55,909 nt of DNA from an uncultured Bacilli bacterium (GCA_949745755.1 CATJZL010000044.1:1-55909); one strand, 5' to 3'; positions 39,253-49,339 are shown, counted from the first letter of the stretch. The notes: generated by a model from the sequence alone, not told the origin. Made by a program: numbers and translations.

Positions 39253-40368
39253 ATGAAGGAAACAGTTGTTGTAGGTATGAGTGGAGGAGTTGATTCCTCT
39301 GTTGCAGCTTTATTATTGCAAGAGGCTGGTTATAATGTTATAGGTCTTTTTATGCGAAATTGGGATAGTTCTATTAATAACGATATTTTGGGAAATCCTA
39401 ATATGGAAAGTATGGATATTTGTCCACAAGAGAGAGACTATAATGATGCACTTCATGTTTGTAAAAAATTGGGGATACCATTATATCGTATAGATTTTGT
39501 AAAAGAATATTGGGATTTTGTTTTTAAATATTTTTTAGATGAGTTAAAAAAAGGACGTACACCTAATCCTGATATTATGTGTAATAAATATATTAAATTT
39601 GATTTATTTGTGAAGGAAGCAAAAAAGTTGGGTGCTCAATACATTGCCACAGGACATTATGCTAAGATTGAAGATGGTTATTTAAAACGAAGTCGAGATA
39701 CTAATAAAGATCAGACTTATTTTCTTTCTCAGGTTTCTAATGAGCAGCTTCAAGATGTACTTTTTCCTTTAGGAGATCTATGCAAGTCTGAGGTTCGAAG
39801 TATTGCAGAAGAGCATAATTTAATTACTGCTAGAAAAAAAGATTCTACAGGTATTTGTTTTATTGGAGAGAGAAATTTTAAAGTGTTTTTGCAAAATTAT
39901 TTACCAAATTTGTCTGGTGATATTATAAATATAGAAACTTTAGAAAAATTGGGAACTCATATAGGTCTTATGTATTATACTATAGGACAGAGAAAAGGCC
40001 TTGATGTAGGTGGTTATAAAGAGAAGTTATTTGTAGTGGGTAAGAGTTTAAAAGAAAATATTTTATATGTTTGTGAGGGCGAAAACAATCCTTACTTATA
40101 TTCGGATAGCTGTGTTGTAGAAGAGGTTAATTTTAATTGTGAGTTGAGGCCAAAAAAGTGTACTGCCAAATTTAGATATAGGCAAGAGGATAATGATGTT
40201 GAACTTCAATATTTAGACAATGGTGATTTGCTTGTTACTTATGACGAAAAGGTTAAAAGTGTTACTCCTGGTCAGGCTTGTGTTTTTTATTTAGGAGATA
40301 TTTGTCTTGGGGGAGGAATTGTCAAAGAGGTACGATGCAATGAGAAAAAGTTATGGTATTTGTTATAA
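39253..40368 (+). CDS. mnmA: tRNA-specific 2-thiouridylase MnmA
   Basis: VVVGMSGGVDSSVAA PP-loop, NPDIMCNKYIKF, TGHYA, KDQTYFL, DSTGICFIGE motifs. Confidence 0.95.
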   Translation: MKETVVVGMSGGVDSSVAALLLQEAGYNVIGLFMRNWDSSINNDILGNPNMESMDICPQERDYNDALHVCKKLGIPLYRIDFVKEYWDFVFKYFLDELKKGRTPNPDIMCNKYIKFDLFVKEAKKLGAQYIATGHYAKIEDGYLKRSRDTNKDQTYFLSQVSNEQLQDVLFPLGDLCKSEVRSIAEEHNLITARKKDSTGICFIGERNFKVFLQNYLPNLSGDIINIETLEKLGTHIGLMYYTIGQRKGLDVGGYKEKLFVVGKSLKENILYVCEGENNPYLYSDSCVVEEVNFNCELRPKKCTAKFRYRQEDNDVELQYLDNGDLLVTYDEKVKSVTPGQACVFYLGDICLGGGIVKEVRCNEKKLWYLL

Positions 40369-40510
40369 GTACAATACCTTTTTTATTGCTTAGTTTCTAT
40401 TTTTTCTATAATTTCTCCTTATAAATTTATATGAAATAAAAATAATCTGTCAATTTACACTTGACTATTTATGTAAAACTGATAAAATTGATTATAGGAG
40501 GATAGTAAAC

Positions 40511-41281
40511 ATGGAGGAATTAAACAGATTATTAAATGAATTAGGAATCTCTAAAGTTAGGCTTTCTAAGTATTTAGGGGTATCAAGACAAATGTTATAT
40601 AATTATTTGGCTCTTGAAACATTGGATGCTTGGCCTAAAGAAAAAAAAGTTAAAGTACTTGATTTATTAGGTGCTTCTGAGGAGGCTGAATTTAAAAGTA
40701 TTGTAGTTGATAGCTCTTATATTACATCTGTAGAGGATCGTCTTAATGAGGGAGTAAAAACTACGGCTGGTAGGGGAGAAGTATATACGGATCTTAAAGG
40801 CTTTAGTCGTAAAGAGCAAGAGTTACTTTCTAATATTATAAATTTACTTAAAGAAAAATTAAGTGAGGATAAAACAAAAAATACATATAATGCATATAAT
40901 TATTTATATCATTTTATACAGTCTATGGATAATACAGAGGAGTTAAAATATATTCTTGGTTATGCATCTAAATCACTTGGATTTACAGAACCTTTGGAAT
41001 TTGTTTTTAATAAGGATAAACAATTAATTTTCGAAAGCATTTTATTTAGTGCTATGACACTTTATAATAATGGTGGTGCTTCAAGAAATAAAATAGCAGA
41101 TACACATAAGCGATTTGTTGAAGATATAAATCATAAAAAAGAAGAAAAATTAAGTAGAACTCAAGAATTGAATACGGCAAAAATACAGGCTTTAAAAGAG
41201 TTAGGTTATACTGAAATTAATGAAAGTAATGCAAAAGAAGTACTTGAAAAGATAGCAGAAATTCAATCTCGAAAAGTTTAA
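40511..41281 (+). CDS. hypothetical protein with N-terminal helix-turn-helix
   Basis: LGISKVRLSKYLGVSRQMLYNYL HTH-like N-terminus; the rest is helical and unassigned. TTGACT-16-TAAAAT promoter-like sequence upstream. Confidence 0.55.
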   Translation: MEELNRLLNELGISKVRLSKYLGVSRQMLYNYLALETLDAWPKEKKVKVLDLLGASEEAEFKSIVVDSSYITSVEDRLNEGVKTTAGRGEVYTDLKGFSRKEQELLSNIINLLKEKLSEDKTKNTYNAYNYLYHFIQSMDNTEELKYILGYASKSLGFTEPLEFVFNKDKQLIFESILFSAMTLYNNGGASRNKIADTHKRFVEDINHKKEEKLSRTQELNTAKIQALKELGYTEINESNAKEVLEKIAEIQSRKV

Positions 41282-41303
41282 TTTCTTCACTTATACAAAA
41301 TTT

Positions 41304-41333
41304 AAAAGAGGAATTATTTCTTCTTTTTTATTT
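41304..41333 (+). terminator. rho-independent terminator after the HTH gene
   Basis: AAAAGAGGAA-TTAT-TTCTTCTTTT (10 bp with one G-U) followed by TTATTT. Confidence 0.55.
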
Positions 41334-41707
41334 GCTATGATATCTTATTTATTGTCAATTATTTTGCTTTTAGGAAGTTAACATAATATCAATTATAGGA
41401 AGTTTTTGCAAAATGATTTTATATATATTTTTAATTTATGCAGATGTTTATTTAACTCTATATTAACTTTAAATATAGAACTAATCTATTTATGTTTAAT
41501 ATATTATAATTCTTTATTCTTTTTTATAGTTTTAATAGTTTGAAAATTGTATTCAAAATTTAAGCTTTAAATATATTAATTTTTATGTCTCAATTATGTT
41601 CTTTATTTAAATTATTTTAATTTCCTTATTTTAAATTATTAAAATGCATTCTAATGCATCGAGATTTATTTAACTGTATACTTTATCATTTAAATTTATT
41701 TTATTTT

Positions 41708-41737
41708 GTATAGAATAGTTGGAAATGTTTAATACTA
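41708..41737 (+). promoter_or_regulatory. possible forespore (sigma-G/F-like) promoter for the DUF1540 gene
   Basis: GTATA (41708-41712), 18-nt spacer, AATACTA (41731-41737). Resembles the G.ATA-17/18-CATACTA type consensus. Inference only. Confidence 0.25.
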
Positions 41738-41756
41738 TAGTTGAAGGGAGATTTTT

Positions 41757-41957
41757 ATGGAAAAGAATATAGATAAAGAAATAAATAGCTCTATAAAGTG
41801 TAGTGTGGAAAATTGCAAGCATAATAATACTGAAAAGGGTAGTTGTACTTTAGAAGAAATAGAAGTAGATTGTACTTGTGATAGTTGTGATTGTACAGAA
41901 ACGAAAGAGACTATTTGTAAATCCTTTGATTGTGCAGATACTTTAAAAGAAGAGTAG
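41757..41957 (+). CDS. small Cys-rich protein, DUF1540-like
   Basis: 66 aa with IKCSVENCKHN...GSCTLEEIEV, typical of DUF1540, plus a CTCDSCDC cluster. GGGAG SD. Confidence 0.55.
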   Translation: MEKNIDKEINSSIKCSVENCKHNNTEKGSCTLEEIEVDCTCDSCDCTETKETICKSFDCADTLKEE

Positions 41958-41972
41958 TTATATATAAAATGT

Positions 41973-42026
41973 AACCTATAAAGTGGACACTCCAAAAAAG
42001 AGAGACTTACTTTATAGGTTTTTATT
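41973..42026 (+). terminator. hairpin/terminator after the DUF1540 gene
   Basis: AACCTATAAAGT (41973-41984) pairs perfectly with ACTTTATAGGTT (42009-42020), followed by TTTTTATT. The loop is long (24 nt). Confidence 0.5.
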
Positions 42027-42039
42027 ATGTCTTGTGAAT

Positions 42040-42123
42040 TTGGATACCTGTTTTACTTTTGGAGATGTATGCAACAAAGTAAAAAACTATATTGAATATT
42101 ATAATAATTATAGATATCAATGA
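42040..42123 (+). mobile_element. possible relic of the 3' end of an IS3-family (IS150-like) transposase gene
   Basis: Frame ending at TGA 42121-42123 reads ...LDTCFTFGDVCNKVKNYIEYYNNYRYQ*. The ..TF..l...v..YIeYYNN.RyQ string is the conserved C-terminal segment of IS3-type OrfB proteins. No intact ORF, start codon or inverted repeats seen. Confidence 0.3.
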
Positions 42124-42190
42124 AATCTAAAAAAGATGACTCCTGTTCAATACTGAAATCATCTACTTTTGCCTCTCTCTCCTACTCTCT

Positions 42191-43360
42191 TTATTTTAAT
42201 TTATCCATTATTGAGGTTCCTATTTCAGGCGATGTTACCTCAAAATTATCTGCAATGGTTGCACCAATATCTGCTAATGTGTTTAAAATAGGAAGTCTTT
42301 TTGGTTCAAGAAAATTTCTACTATATAATATGACTGGTACATTTTCTCTGGTATGATCACTACCTTTATATGTTGGATCATTGCCATGATCTGCTGTTAA
42401 AATTAATAAGTCATCTACTTCTAATTTATTTAGTATAATGGGTATATTTACATCAAATTCTTCCAATGCTTTTGAATACCCTTCTACATCTCTTGTATGA
42501 CCATATAAGCTATCAAAATCACTTAAATTTGCCATACAAAGTCCTGTGAATTTTTTATCCATTATGCTGGTTAATTTATTGATGACTTCATTGTTGCTTG
42601 AGGCTTTTATTGTTTTATTTATACCTTCTTTATCAAAAATATCATTAATTTTTCCAATTCCAATTACATTATAATTGTTTTCGTTTAGATAATCGAGGAC
42701 TGTTTTTTTAGGTGGCTTGATTGCATAATCTTTTCTACCTGTTAGACTTAATTTGAAATTTCCTGCTTTTCCTGAAAATGGTCTTGCTATTACTCTGCCT
42801 ATCATCCATTCTTCTCTTAAGGTGATTTCTCTTATTTTTTCACAGTACTCATGCAAAGTAGAAACAGGTATAATCTCTTCATTTGCAGCAACTTGTAAAT
42901 CAGAATCTGCTGATGTGTATATTATTAATGAGCCATAATTGGTTGCTATTTCTCCTAATTCATTTATAATATCTATACTATTATTGCAACATTTATTTCC
43001 AAGTGTTCTTCTTCCTGTAGTATATTCTATACTGTTTAATATTTCTATGGGAAATCCATCATTAAATGTTTTAAAAGGAATATCTGATATTATTCCCATC
43101 ATTTCATAATGACCATTTAAACTGTCTTTTCCAGCATTATTGGGAGTAGCTATAGTATAATAGGCATCTACTTCTTTTTCTTCATTCATTTTTAAGGTAT
43201 TTGTTAAGCCTATTTTTTTTAAATTTGGTATAAAGGCATCTGTTTCTTTTATGATATGTCCTAGGGTATTTGTTCCTGTATCATTGTATTTTTCAGCATC
43301 ACTTGCCTCCCCTACTCCTAGTGAATCCAGTACTAATAAAAATATTCTTTTATATTGCAT
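42191..43360 (-). CDS. deoB: phosphopentomutase
   Basis: RIFLLVLDSLGVGE, DSLYGHTRD, TADHGNDPT metal-binding motifs; 389 aa. Confidence 0.95.
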   Translation of the reverse strand: MQYKRIFLLVLDSLGVGEASDAEKYNDTGTNTLGHIIKETDAFIPNLKKIGLTNTLKMNEEKEVDAYYTIATPNNAGKDSLNGHYEMMGIISDIPFKTFNDGFPIEILNSIEYTTGRRTLGNKCCNNSIDIINELGEIATNYGSLIIYTSADSDLQVAANEEIIPVSTLHEYCEKIREITLREEWMIGRVIARPFSGKAGNFKLSLTGRKDYAIKPPKKTVLDYLNENNYNVIGIGKINDIFDKEGINKTIKASSNNEVINKLTSIMDKKFTGLCMANLSDFDSLYGHTRDVEGYSKALEEFDVNIPIILNKLEVDDLLILTADHGNDPTYKGSDHTRENVPVILYSRNFLEPKRLPILNTLADIGATIADNFEVTSPEIGTSIMDKLK

Positions 43361-43369
43361 AAATTCCTC

Positions 43370-44278
43370 CTATTTTTTTTCTCTTGGGTGATATTTTTTG
43401 TAATCTTGTTTTACTTGTTCATCACTAATATGTGTATATATTTTAGTAGTTGATATATCAGAATGACCTAGCATCTCTTGAATACTTCTTAGATCTGCTC
43501 CTTTTTTTAGTAAATGTGTGGCAAAGGAATGTCTTAATGTATGTGGAGATACTTCCTCTGGTAAATTTTTTTCTTTTAAAATTTTTTTAAGTATTTTAAA
43601 AAATCCTTGTCTTGTTATTTTTTTTCCATGATTATTTAAAAATAAGGCCTCATCATTTATTGTTTTTCTTAATTCATGTCGTTTATTTCTATATAGATTT
43701 AAATAATACATGGAATACTCCCCTATTGGTACAATTCGTTCTTTATTTCCTTTTCCTACAATTCTTATAACACAATTATTAAAATCAATGTTATTTACTG
43801 TTATATTGACTAATTCACTTACTCTTAATCCAGTTGAGTACAGAAGTTCTAGCATTGCTTTATTTCTATAGTCATAAGCTGTATTTAATGAAATGTCTAG
43901 TAAACTTTCTACTTCCTTAATGCTCAAGGTTTGGGGGAGTGCTTTTTGCAATTTTGGCCTTGCAATAGCAAGAGATATATTTTTTTTTGTAATTTTTTCC
44001 TTTGTTAGATAAGCATGAAAATTTTTGATTACAGTTAGTTTGTGTGCGATAGTAGTTGTTTTGTCTTTTTTTATTGTATTTTCTTTTAAAAAAAGTTCTA
44101 TATCTTCTTGGGTTATATCTATGACATTAAAATTTTCTTTGTGTCTTTTTTTTAAATAGTTATAGTAAACTTTTAAATCATTTTCATATGATCTTTTTGT
44201 ATTAGGTGATAGTCCTTTTTCAAATACGCAATAATTTATAAAATCATCTTGGGCTGTTTTATAATCCATTTTCATCAC
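43370..44278 (-). CDS. xerD: site-specific tyrosine recombinase XerD (RipX-type)
   Basis: STGLRVSEL, HTLRHSFATHLL, LGHSDISTTKIYTH. Lies immediately upstream of deoB, as ripX-drm does in Bacillus. Confidence 0.85.
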   Translation of the reverse strand: MMKMDYKTAQDDFINYCVFEKGLSPNTKRSYENDLKVYYNYLKKRHKENFNVIDITQEDIELFLKENTIKKDKTTTIAHKLTVIKNFHAYLTKEKITKKNISLAIARPKLQKALPQTLSIKEVESLLDISLNTAYDYRNKAMLELLYSTGLRVSELVNITVNNIDFNNCVIRIVGKGNKERIVPIGEYSMYYLNLYRNKRHELRKTINDEALFLNNHGKKITRQGFFKILKKILKEKNLPEEVSPHTLRHSFATHLLKKGADLRSIQEMLGHSDISTTKIYTHISDEQVKQDYKKYHPREKK

Positions 44279-44431
44279 CTATTCCTATTATATATTACTT
44301 TTTTTGTTTTTACAACTTTCTTGTTTTCTGTTTGTTCTTATGTTATACTTAGCTAGACAAAACCTAATACAGGTTGTATAGGAGGATTTCTTATGAAATT
44401 AATCAAATTATGTATGAGGGAAAAATTTTAA

Positions 44432-45676
44432 ATGGAAAATAGTTTCGTGTCAAAACCACTTGCTGCTAGAATGGCTCCAAAAGGTCTAGAAGATATTGTG
44501 GGGCAAACTCATTTAATTGGTGAAGGTAAAATACTTACTAATTTAGTGCAAAATAAAAAACTCTTTTCTATGATTCTATATGGTAGTTCTGGCATTGGTA
44601 AGACCAGTATTAGTCAAGCCATTGTAAATGATTTAGGTATTCGTTATCGTTTTTTAAATGCTACAATCAATTCAAAAAAAGATATAGATATTGTTGTTGA
44701 AGAAGCTAAAATGTATGGAAGTCTTGTTTTAATTATGGATGAAATACATAGACTTAATAAGGATAAACAAGATATTTTATTGCCTCATTTAGAAAATGGC
44801 TTACTTGTTCTAATTGGTATGACTACTGCAAATCCTTATCATTCTATTAATCCTGCTATTCGCAGTCGTTGTCAATTGTTTGAACTTAAATCTTTAAAAT
44901 TAGAAGATATTACTATGGCTTTAAAGAAAGCTTCTAAAACGGAGTATTTAAAAGGTATAGAAATTGATGATTCTTGTCTTTCACTTATTGCTTCCCTTTC
45001 TTCTTGTGATTTACGTTTTGCTTATAATTTATTGGAAGTAGCTTATTATTCTACAAAAGATAAAAAGATTAATGAAGATGTTATTCGGAGTATTCATTCT
45101 AAACCTGTATTTTTTAGTGATAAAAATGGTAGTGGTCATTATGAGGTATTAAGTGGCTTGCAGAAGTCTATTCGTGGGAGTGATGTTGATGCTAGTCTTC
45201 ATTATTTAGCACGGCTTGTAAATGAGGGGGATTTAGATTCTATTTATAGAAGACTTAGTGTTATAGCATATGAAGATATTGGTCTAGCCAATCCAGCTAT
45301 AGGGCCTCGATTAGAGGCAGCTATTTGTGCCTGTGAGCGCGTTGGCCTTCCTGAGGGAAGAATACCTCTTGGTACCATTGTATGTGAAATGGCTTTATCT
45401 CCTAAAAGTAATACTGCTCATATTGCTTTTGATTTAGCACTTAAAGATATTGAGGAGGGGAATGTTGGAAGTGTTCCAGAACATATTCGACCAGACAGTT
45501 CTTTATATAAGTATCCTCATGATTATCCTGGTAGTTATGTTGTACAGCAATACTTACCTGATAAATTAAAGGCAAGAAAATATTATACTCCTAAAAATAT
45601 AGGTTATGAAAGTATTATTAAGCAAGTATATGACAAATTAGAAAAAATTAGGAATTCTTTTAGTGATCCAATTTAA
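44432..45676 (+). CDS. rarA: replication-associated recombination protein A (MgsA/RarA AAA+ ATPase)
   Basis: PLAARMAPKGLEDIVGQ, Walker A GSSGIGKTS, Walker B LIMDEIHR, C-terminal HYEVLSGLQKSIRGSD and AYEDIGLANP MgsA motifs. Confidence 0.9.
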   Translation: MENSFVSKPLAARMAPKGLEDIVGQTHLIGEGKILTNLVQNKKLFSMILYGSSGIGKTSISQAIVNDLGIRYRFLNATINSKKDIDIVVEEAKMYGSLVLIMDEIHRLNKDKQDILLPHLENGLLVLIGMTTANPYHSINPAIRSRCQLFELKSLKLEDITMALKKASKTEYLKGIEIDDSCLSLIASLSSCDLRFAYNLLEVAYYSTKDKKINEDVIRSIHSKPVFFSDKNGSGHYEVLSGLQKSIRGSDVDASLHYLARLVNEGDLDSIYRRLSVIAYEDIGLANPAIGPRLEAAICACERVGLPEGRIPLGTIVCEMALSPKSNTAHIAFDLALKDIEEGNVGSVPEHIRPDSSLYKYPHDYPGSYVVQQYLPDKLKARKYYTPKNIGYESIIKQVYDKLEKIRNSFSDPI

Positions 45677-45710
45677 AAAGGGATAAATATTTTATGCATT
45701 TATCCCTTTT
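45676..45710. terminator. bidirectional terminator between rarA and holA
   Basis: AAAAGGGATAAAT (45676-45688) pairs with ATTTATCCCTTTT (45698-45710); 9-nt loop. Confidence 0.7.
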
Positions 45711-45724
45711 TCTCTATTTAATTA

Positions 45725-46654
45725 TTATAAGTTTAAAATAAGCATTTCTAATGTTTTTTTATCTTCAATTATTCCACTCTTTATTTCTAAGTCAAGTTTT
45801 GCTAAATTTCTTATTAGACTATCAATATCTGAATTGTTAATATCTTTCAATAGTTCTATTGTTTTACTTATTCTAAAAGGATGGGTTTTTAGAATAGTTG
45901 CTATACTATCCTTTTTTTCATTTTTAGCTATTAAAGAGTTTACCTGCTTTAATAATCTTATCTGACTTTCTAATAGAGCCATAATTCCTAGATCTTCTGT
46001 ATTATTTTCATGTAACTTTCTATAGGTTAGAATTGCTTCCTTTTTGTTTTTGGATGCTATATATTTAATTAAATCAAAAGCTAGATTATTTGTATCTATA
46101 CTATCTTTGAAACAAAGACTCTTGATATCTTCTATTGTTATTTTTTTCTCTTTTTCTTTAAATAATTTTAACTTATCACATTCACTTTTTATTCTATCAA
46201 TTTTGTTGTTTGTATATTCCAATAATAGATTTATGCTCTTATTATCAATTGTAAATTCTTTTAATTCATTTTTTATTATTTCTAAAGGATTGTTTTCTAT
46301 TTTTATATATTCTACTCTTTTTTTTAGTTCTTTCGTTATTTTCTTTCGATTATCTAATTCTTTTGTTGATAGGATTAATAATTTATTGGGATCTGGATTT
46401 TCTAAGTATTTAAAAAAGTGATTCAAGGTTTTATTTTCATTTTCTAATTGTTCTATTTGTTTGACTAAAATTATTTTTTTTTCGCTTAAAAAGGAATATG
46501 TATCTAAAGATTCTAAAACATTGTCTAGTGTACTTTCATCTAATGTATATTCATCTACTATTGCATCTTGGAATTTATGTTTTAAAATTAATTCCTTTTG
46601 TTTATTTTTATAAGATAGATAATCTGTATATTCTAACAAATAATTACAATTCAT
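45725..46654 (-). CDS. holA: DNA polymerase III delta subunit
   Basis: 309 aa. FLSEKKIILVK, then NPDPNKLLILSTKELDNRKKITKELKK, the typical delta clamp-loader pattern. Divergent, so moderate confidence. Overlaps the alaS end by 11 nt. Confidence 0.65.
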   Translation of the reverse strand: MNCNYLLEYTDYLSYKNKQKELILKHKFQDAIVDEYTLDESTLDNVLESLDTYSFLSEKKIILVKQIEQLENENKTLNHFFKYLENPDPNKLLILSTKELDNRKKITKELKKRVEYIKIENNPLEIIKNELKEFTIDNKSINLLLEYTNNKIDRIKSECDKLKLFKEKEKKITIEDIKSLCFKDSIDTNNLAFDLIKYIASKNKKEAILTYRKLHENNTEDLGIMALLESQIRLLKQVNSLIAKNEKKDSIATILKTHPFRISKTIELLKDINNSDIDSLIRNLAKLDLEIKSGIIEDKKTLEMLILNL

Positions 46655-49337
46655 CTCTTATCTCTTTTTCTATATCTGTTAAAATTACATTTAATCCTTT
46701 ACAATCCTTTCCTCCTCCTTGGGCAAATGTTTTACTTCCTCCTCCATTTCCATTTGATGCAATTGATGCATTTTTAACTAAGTAAGAGGCATCTAGTGTT
46801 ATACTTCTACAAATGTAATTTACTGTTCGATCTAATTTTTGATTTGCAAAGAAGACTATATCTACTAATTTATTATTTATTAAATTGTCTGCTATTACTT
46901 TTAAAAGAGATACATCCATATTATTTGTTTTCATTACTAAATAGTTTTTATCATTTATTTCTTTGATGTTTTTTTTGTATAGATCTAGATTATTTAAAGT
47001 CTTTTTTTCCCTTATATCTAAGTATTTTTTTTCAAGGGACTTTACTTCATTTTGGATGTATAGCAACTCATTTTGGTTGAATACAATATCTTTATAACTT
47101 ATAGGTTTTGAATTATCAATATTTACATCAAAATCAAGTACTACGCCTAACTTATTGGCATCATCTAATATTTCTTTTGCTTTTATTAATAATTTTATCA
47201 TTTCGTCGTTGTATGGTTTGATTACTTCAAATAGAGTTACATCTATACGATTATCTGTTACTGCTTCTATTCTATAGGTATCGCTTCCTTTTGATTCATA
47301 GGAAAAAATGGCAAACTGTTTAATATCTTTTGTGTTTTTTGTATGTGTACCACCACACAATTCAATTGATTTACCCATTTTGACTACTCGTACAACTTCT
47401 CCATATTTCTCACTAAATAAGGCCATGGCTCCTAATTGTTTTGCTTTATCTATTGGCATAATCTCTGTTGATACTAGCAAATTATCATTAATCAGACTAT
47501 TGACTTTTTCTTCTACTTTTATGATATCCTCATCAGTCAATTTTCCTGAATAAGTAAAATCAAAACGTAGTTTTTCATTATCTACATAACTTCCTGCTTG
47601 ACGAATATTTTCATTTACAACATATCTTAGGGCGTAATGTAGGAGATGTACACTACTATGATTTTTTTCAATTTGATTTCTTCTTTCTCTATCTACAATT
47701 ACTTCACATTCTTCACCTACTTTTAAGGTTCCATCTAAAAGCTTTATTTTATGTATATTTTGACCATTTGGGCCTTTAAATACATCAATAACTCTTGCCT
47801 TAAAGTTTGTTCCTATAATCATTCCTGTGTCATTTATTTGGCCTCCTTGTGTTGCATATAAGCATGTTCTGTCTAATGCAATATAACCCCCTTCCTTATT
47901 TAATGAATTTAATAGGCTATCTTTTGAAAAAATGGCAATTACTTTTGTTTTTAAACGATAAATTCCATAAACAAACTCTGATTTATCATGAAAATCTAAT
48001 AAAATTTGTTTTTCTGTTGCCATAGATGCTTTGGTTCGATTTGCACGTCTTGCTAATTCTTTTTGCGATAACATATATTTGTCAAATTCTTCTTTATTTG
48101 TTGTGTATCCTAATTCATTTAAATATTCTAGAGTCAGTTCAAAAGGGAAACCATATGTATCATATAGTTTAAAGGCATCATTTCCTGATAAAATTCCATC
48201 ATGCACATTTTTTAACATATCTTTTAATACACGTTCACCTTCATTTAAAGTTGACAGAAATAATTTTTCTTCTTCTAATATTTTAGTTTCTACTACTGCT
48301 TGTTTTTCTCTTAAATAGGGATAAGCTTCTTCCATAATTTCTATCACTGTACTTACTAATTTGTACAGGAAGGCTTCATTTAATCCTAATTTTTTACCTG
48401 CTCTTACGCTTCTTCTTAATAGTCTTCTTAAAACGTAGCCTCTTCCTGTGTTGGAAAAATTTGCTCCATCACTTAGAGCGAAGGTAATGGTTCTGATGTG
48501 GTCTGCAATGATTTTAAAATCTTTTTGGCCCATATATGTAATGTTTGTTATCTCTTCGATATGTTTTATTGTTGGCATAAATAAATCTGTTTCAAAATTG
48601 CTATCTACATCTTGAAATATTAAACACCATCTTTCTAAACCTGCTCCTGTATCAATATTTTTATGCGGAAGTTCTTTGTATTCTTCTCTTTGTTTTCCTT
48701 CCTCTGAATTGAACTGACTAAAAACGTTGTTCCAAATTTCGATAAAACGTTCTTGTTCCTCATCCATTTTAAATAATTCTAATGCCTCTCCTTTTTTATC
48801 ATACTTTTCTCCTCGGTCATAGAAAATTTCACTATCTGGTCCACATGGACCATTTCCTATTTCCCAAAAGTTCCCATCTAATTTAATAATATGCTCAGGC
48901 ATCATCCCAACTTCTATCCATTTGTTATATGCTTCCTTATCTTTTGTATAGACTGTTACATATAGTTTTTCTTTTGGAATCGCAAAATAATTTTCTCTTG
49001 TTAAAAGGTTCCAGGCTAATTCGATAGCTTCTTCTTTAAAGTAGTCTCCAATCGAAAAATTACCCATCATTTCAAAAAATGTTTGATGTCTCTTTGTTAT
49101 TCCTACATTTTCAATATCATTGGTTCGAATACATTTTTGAATATTAGTAAGTCTTTTTGAATCTGGAATTTCACTTCCATCAAAATATTTTTTTAGAGGG
49201 GTTACCCCAGCATTTACCCAAAGTAGTGAGTCATCATTTACTGGTATAAGTGAAGCACTCTCTACTATTTTATGTCCATGTTCTGTAAAGTAATTTAACC
49301 ACATCTTTCTAATTTCTAAATGAGTCATTTTTTTCAT
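46644..49337 (-). CDS. alaS: alanine--tRNA ligase
   Basis: IRKMWLNYFTEHGH, QKCIRTNDIENVG, HQTFFEMMGNFSIGDYFK, editing-domain HSSVHLLHYAL and CGGTH, C-terminal DHHA1-like GGGG. Confidence 0.95.
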   Translation of the reverse strand: MKKMTHLEIRKMWLNYFTEHGHKIVESASLIPVNDDSLLWVNAGVTPLKKYFDGSEIPDSKRLTNIQKCIRTNDIENVGITKRHQTFFEMMGNFSIGDYFKEEAIELAWNLLTRENYFAIPKEKLYVTVYTKDKEAYNKWIEVGMMPEHIIKLDGNFWEIGNGPCGPDSEIFYDRGEKYDKKGEALELFKMDEEQERFIEIWNNVFSQFNSEEGKQREEYKELPHKNIDTGAGLERWCLIFQDVDSNFETDLFMPTIKHIEEITNITYMGQKDFKIIADHIRTITFALSDGANFSNTGRGYVLRRLLRRSVRAGKKLGLNEAFLYKLVSTVIEIMEEAYPYLREKQAVVETKILEEEKLFLSTLNEGERVLKDMLKNVHDGILSGNDAFKLYDTYGFPFELTLEYLNELGYTTNKEEFDKYMLSQKELARRANRTKASMATEKQILLDFHDKSEFVYGIYRLKTKVIAIFSKDSLLNSLNKEGGYIALDRTCLYATQGGQINDTGMIIGTNFKARVIDVFKGPNGQNIHKIKLLDGTLKVGEECEVIVDRERRNQIEKNHSSVHLLHYALRYVVNENIRQAGSYVDNEKLRFDFTYSGKLTDEDIIKVEEKVNSLINDNLLVSTEIMPIDKAKQLGAMALFSEKYGEVVRVVKMGKSIELCGGTHTKNTKDIKQFAIFSYESKGSDTYRIEAVTDNRIDVTLFEVIKPYNDEMIKLLIKAKEILDDANKLGVVLDFDVNIDNSKPISYKDIVFNQNELLYIQNEVKSLEKKYLDIREKKTLNNLDLYKKNIKEINDKNYLVMKTNNMDVSLLKVIADNLINNKLVDIVFFANQKLDRTVNYICRSITLDASYLVKNASIASNGNGGGSKTFAQGGGKDCKGLNVILTDIEKEIRDEL

Positions 49338-49339
49338 TT

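Noticed and set aside
41282-41756. Possible CRISPR array, leader or small RNA in the 475-bp gap; also a 17-codon ORF (MILYIFLIYADVYLTLY).
   Set aside because: There are only two copies of a 9-nt repeat and no regular repeat-spacer periodicity. The micro-ORF has a weak SD, and its composition is indistinguishable from AT-rich noise.
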